Positions 25,560-27,186 of a stretch of 27,186 bases of DNA are shown piece by piece. The DNA comes from Candidatus Hadarchaeota archaeon. Lineage in GTDB: Archaea; CAYQAE01; CAYVLA01. Location: NCBI GenBank assembly GCA_964621445.1, contig CAZUNO010000032.1, positions 1-27,186 on the forward strand. Direction: 5' to 3'. Each line of letters starts with the position of its first letter. The stretch's first letter is position 1. Below the pieces are notes generated by a model that was not told the origin of the DNA, searched no databases, and was given only the letters and a program-made list of their open reading frames with translations. The translations under genes and the position numbers were made by a program.

Positions 25560-26879
25560 TTACTCTGATTCCTTTCCATACTCTATTGGCTTCTTGTACT
25601 TGGAGCAGTAAAGCTCCCCGCCTCTCAGGGTGTTGAAGTTGCACCTATTGCATAGCTCCCTTTTGGGAACTCCTCCACAGATCTCGTGGGAAGGTTTCTT
25701 TGTCTTCTTCCGGCGTTTTGAGGGCTTTTCCTTCTTTTTCTCTCCCTTCTCGGCTCCGGGCCGAATTATGAGCAGAGCTGCCAGACCTATAGCGGCCAGG
25801 AGGACGATCCAGAACCATATAGGCACGATATCCAGCCCTTTGGGTATGGTCATCCTGACCAGACCCTCGTACCAGAGGGCGATCCACAGCCCATCACCCT
25901 GGGAATTAAGATGGGTGATATCCGAGCCTCTTTCCTTTCTGGCCGAGGTCTCGGGCAGACCGTCCTTGGTGGTTATGGTCTTCCAGTTCGGGTCCTCCTC
26001 GCCCCTCTTGATATAATTAATTCCCTTGCTGCAACCGAAGTATATCGTGTCCTCAAAGATGGCTACATCCTTCCATTCAGTGCCCAATAGACCATCATCC
26101 ATGGTATATGAGGTAATGTCACCACTTTCAGTGTTTAACCGAGCTATTCCACCCTTCATAGCCACCCACAATACGTCTCCGACCTTAAGAGCAGAACCCA
26201 CGGAAGTGCCGGGCAATCCATCCTCCTGGGTGTAACTCTCGATGGCCTCCGTTTCCGGGTCGAATTTTGCCAGTCCATTCTCGGTAAATATCCAGGCAAT
26301 CGATCCGTCAAAAAGTATTTCCAGAATCTTGTTATTGGGGAGTCCGTCCTCCATATCATAATTCCTCCAGTTTCCGGAAGAGTCTAGTATTGAGAGTCCT
26401 TTATTTGTCCCGAACCAGTATTCGCCATCCTTCTTCCTACCTGAGTAGACGGAATTGGAGGGTAGGCCATCCTCGACAGATATGGTGCGCCACTCCTCAG
26501 ATGAACGGTCATATATTGCGGCGCCTTCTGAACCGCCGGTGATAACCTCATCTTCCTCTATTGTTACGAAGCTGAATATGGATATCGGTATTCCACCCGG
26601 GCCTCCGGAGAAGGTCTTTACCCATTCCTGGGAATTTGCATCATAGACGTGGATTTGTTGGGCACTCGGGGAGGCAGGGGAATACATGGCGACCCATAGT
26701 TCGTCCTCGTCGGCATCCATGCCACTGGTTAGGTTTCCGGAGAAGCCGCCCCCGGGTCCACCGGCATAGAACCATTCAAAATTTTGGAAATTGAAGATGC
26801 CAAATACCGGACCTAGGGCAACCATCGTCGCCATGGCGATCGCACAGAATTTTACGCATTTGGATGAGCATGACTTCAA
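25560..26879 (-). CDS. Membrane protein with extracellular Reg_prop-type beta-propeller, single TM and cytoplasmic Cys/His-rich tail
   Basis: Five DGL repeats (EDGLPSNSV, EDGLPNNKI, EDGLPGTSV, DDGLLG, KDGLPE), TM IWFWIVLLAAIGLAALLII, Lys-rich linker, then HEIC...CNRC...YC. Start set at TTG 26879 after GGAGGA (track start 26993). Confidence 0.75.
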   Translation of the reverse strand: MKSCSSKCVKFCAIAMATMVALGPVFGIFNFQNFEWFYAGGPGGGFSGNLTSGMDADEDELWVAMYSPASPSAQQIHVYDANSQEWVKTFSGGPGGIPISIFSFVTIEEDEVITGGSEGAAIYDRSSEEWRTISVEDGLPSNSVYSGRKKDGEYWFGTNKGLSILDSSGNWRNYDMEDGLPNNKILEILFDGSIAWIFTENGLAKFDPETEAIESYTQEDGLPGTSVGSALKVGDVLWVAMKGGIARLNTESGDITSYTMDDGLLGTEWKDVAIFEDTIYFGCSKGINYIKRGEEDPNWKTITTKDGLPETSARKERGSDITHLNSQGDGLWIALWYEGLVRMTIPKGLDIVPIWFWIVLLAAIGLAALLIIRPGAEKGEKKKEKPSKRRKKTKKPSHEICGGVPKRELCNRCNFNTLRGGELYCSKYKKPIEYGKESE

Positions 26880-27131
26880 GATATAGTTTCCTCCTATATC
26901 GCTCCTTAAGCTTTCCATAAAAATATGTTTCATTCTACTAGTTATGGTGGAGGAACAGGGAGTCGAAAATACTAAATATTCTGGGCTATACATTCGAGTA
27001 AGACTTTTAAGCCCTCTTAGTGATAAGACGCAAATTGCTCATGAGAAATGGGCCGACCGGTCATTTCGACCGGCTGATGCAATTTGCATGCCTCAGTTAT
27101 CTCGAATCCACTTGACGGGAGGTGAAATTAT

Positions 27132-27186
27132 ATGAAGAAGATAATTCTGTTAGGAGCACTATTGATTGCAGTTTCCATGGTAACGC
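27132..27186 (+). CDS. 5' end of a secreted protein, truncated by the window edge
   Basis: Strong RBS GGGAGGTGA (27117-27125), then MKKIILLGALLIAVSMVT, a signal-peptide-like start. Confidence 0.65.
   Translation, partial: MKKIILLGALLIAVSMVT

Noticed and set aside
653-26646. Numerous short ORFs nested in or antisense to the long genes (e.g. 10176-10613, 18278-18694, 20414-20938, 25630-26016)
   Set aside because: Shadow ORFs of well-supported genes with no motifs or RBS support.
27040-27090. TGAGA...GACC...TGAT resemblance to a TPP riboswitch
   Set aside because: The P2 5' strand, the AACCUGA junction and the P5 UAAU/GCG elements are missing.
1-27186. CRISPR array, rRNA, integrase or att site at the tRNA
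   Set aside because: No regularly spaced repeats, rRNA-like sequence, recombinase gene or duplicated tRNA 3' end were seen by eye.

Overview
Archaeal chromosomal window, judged from AglB, archaeal-type MtaB/NcsA, BRE/TATA promoters, GGAGG/GGTGA ribosome-binding sites and a BHB-intron tRNA; the lineage cannot be fixed from sequence alone. 1-6.4 kb is an AT-richer surface-glycan cluster: sulfotransferase, two paralogous GT2s, PIG-L deacetylase, ATP-grasp protein and flippase. 6.5-10.7 kb holds two divergently transcribed AglB/STT3 oligosaccharyltransferases, followed by two small membrane proteins. At 11873-12043 (-) is a tRNA-Trp(CCA) gene absent from the ORF track, split by three introns (21/22, 37/38, 59/60). 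Next come a GlmU-like gene and rtcA-purE-rlmE, converging on a tRNA-modification operon (mtaB, COG2521-like methyltransferase, ubiquitin-like protein with masked GG, ncsA/ttuA). The right part has an AbiE-like pair with a degenerate nucleotidyltransferase, a wHTH plus MEDS multi-domain sensor, two surface proteins, a decayed ISL3 with IRs and an 8-bp TSD, a propeller-TM-Cys/His protein, and the start of a secreted protein behind a structured leader. All family calls rest on motif recognition by eye; no searches were run.
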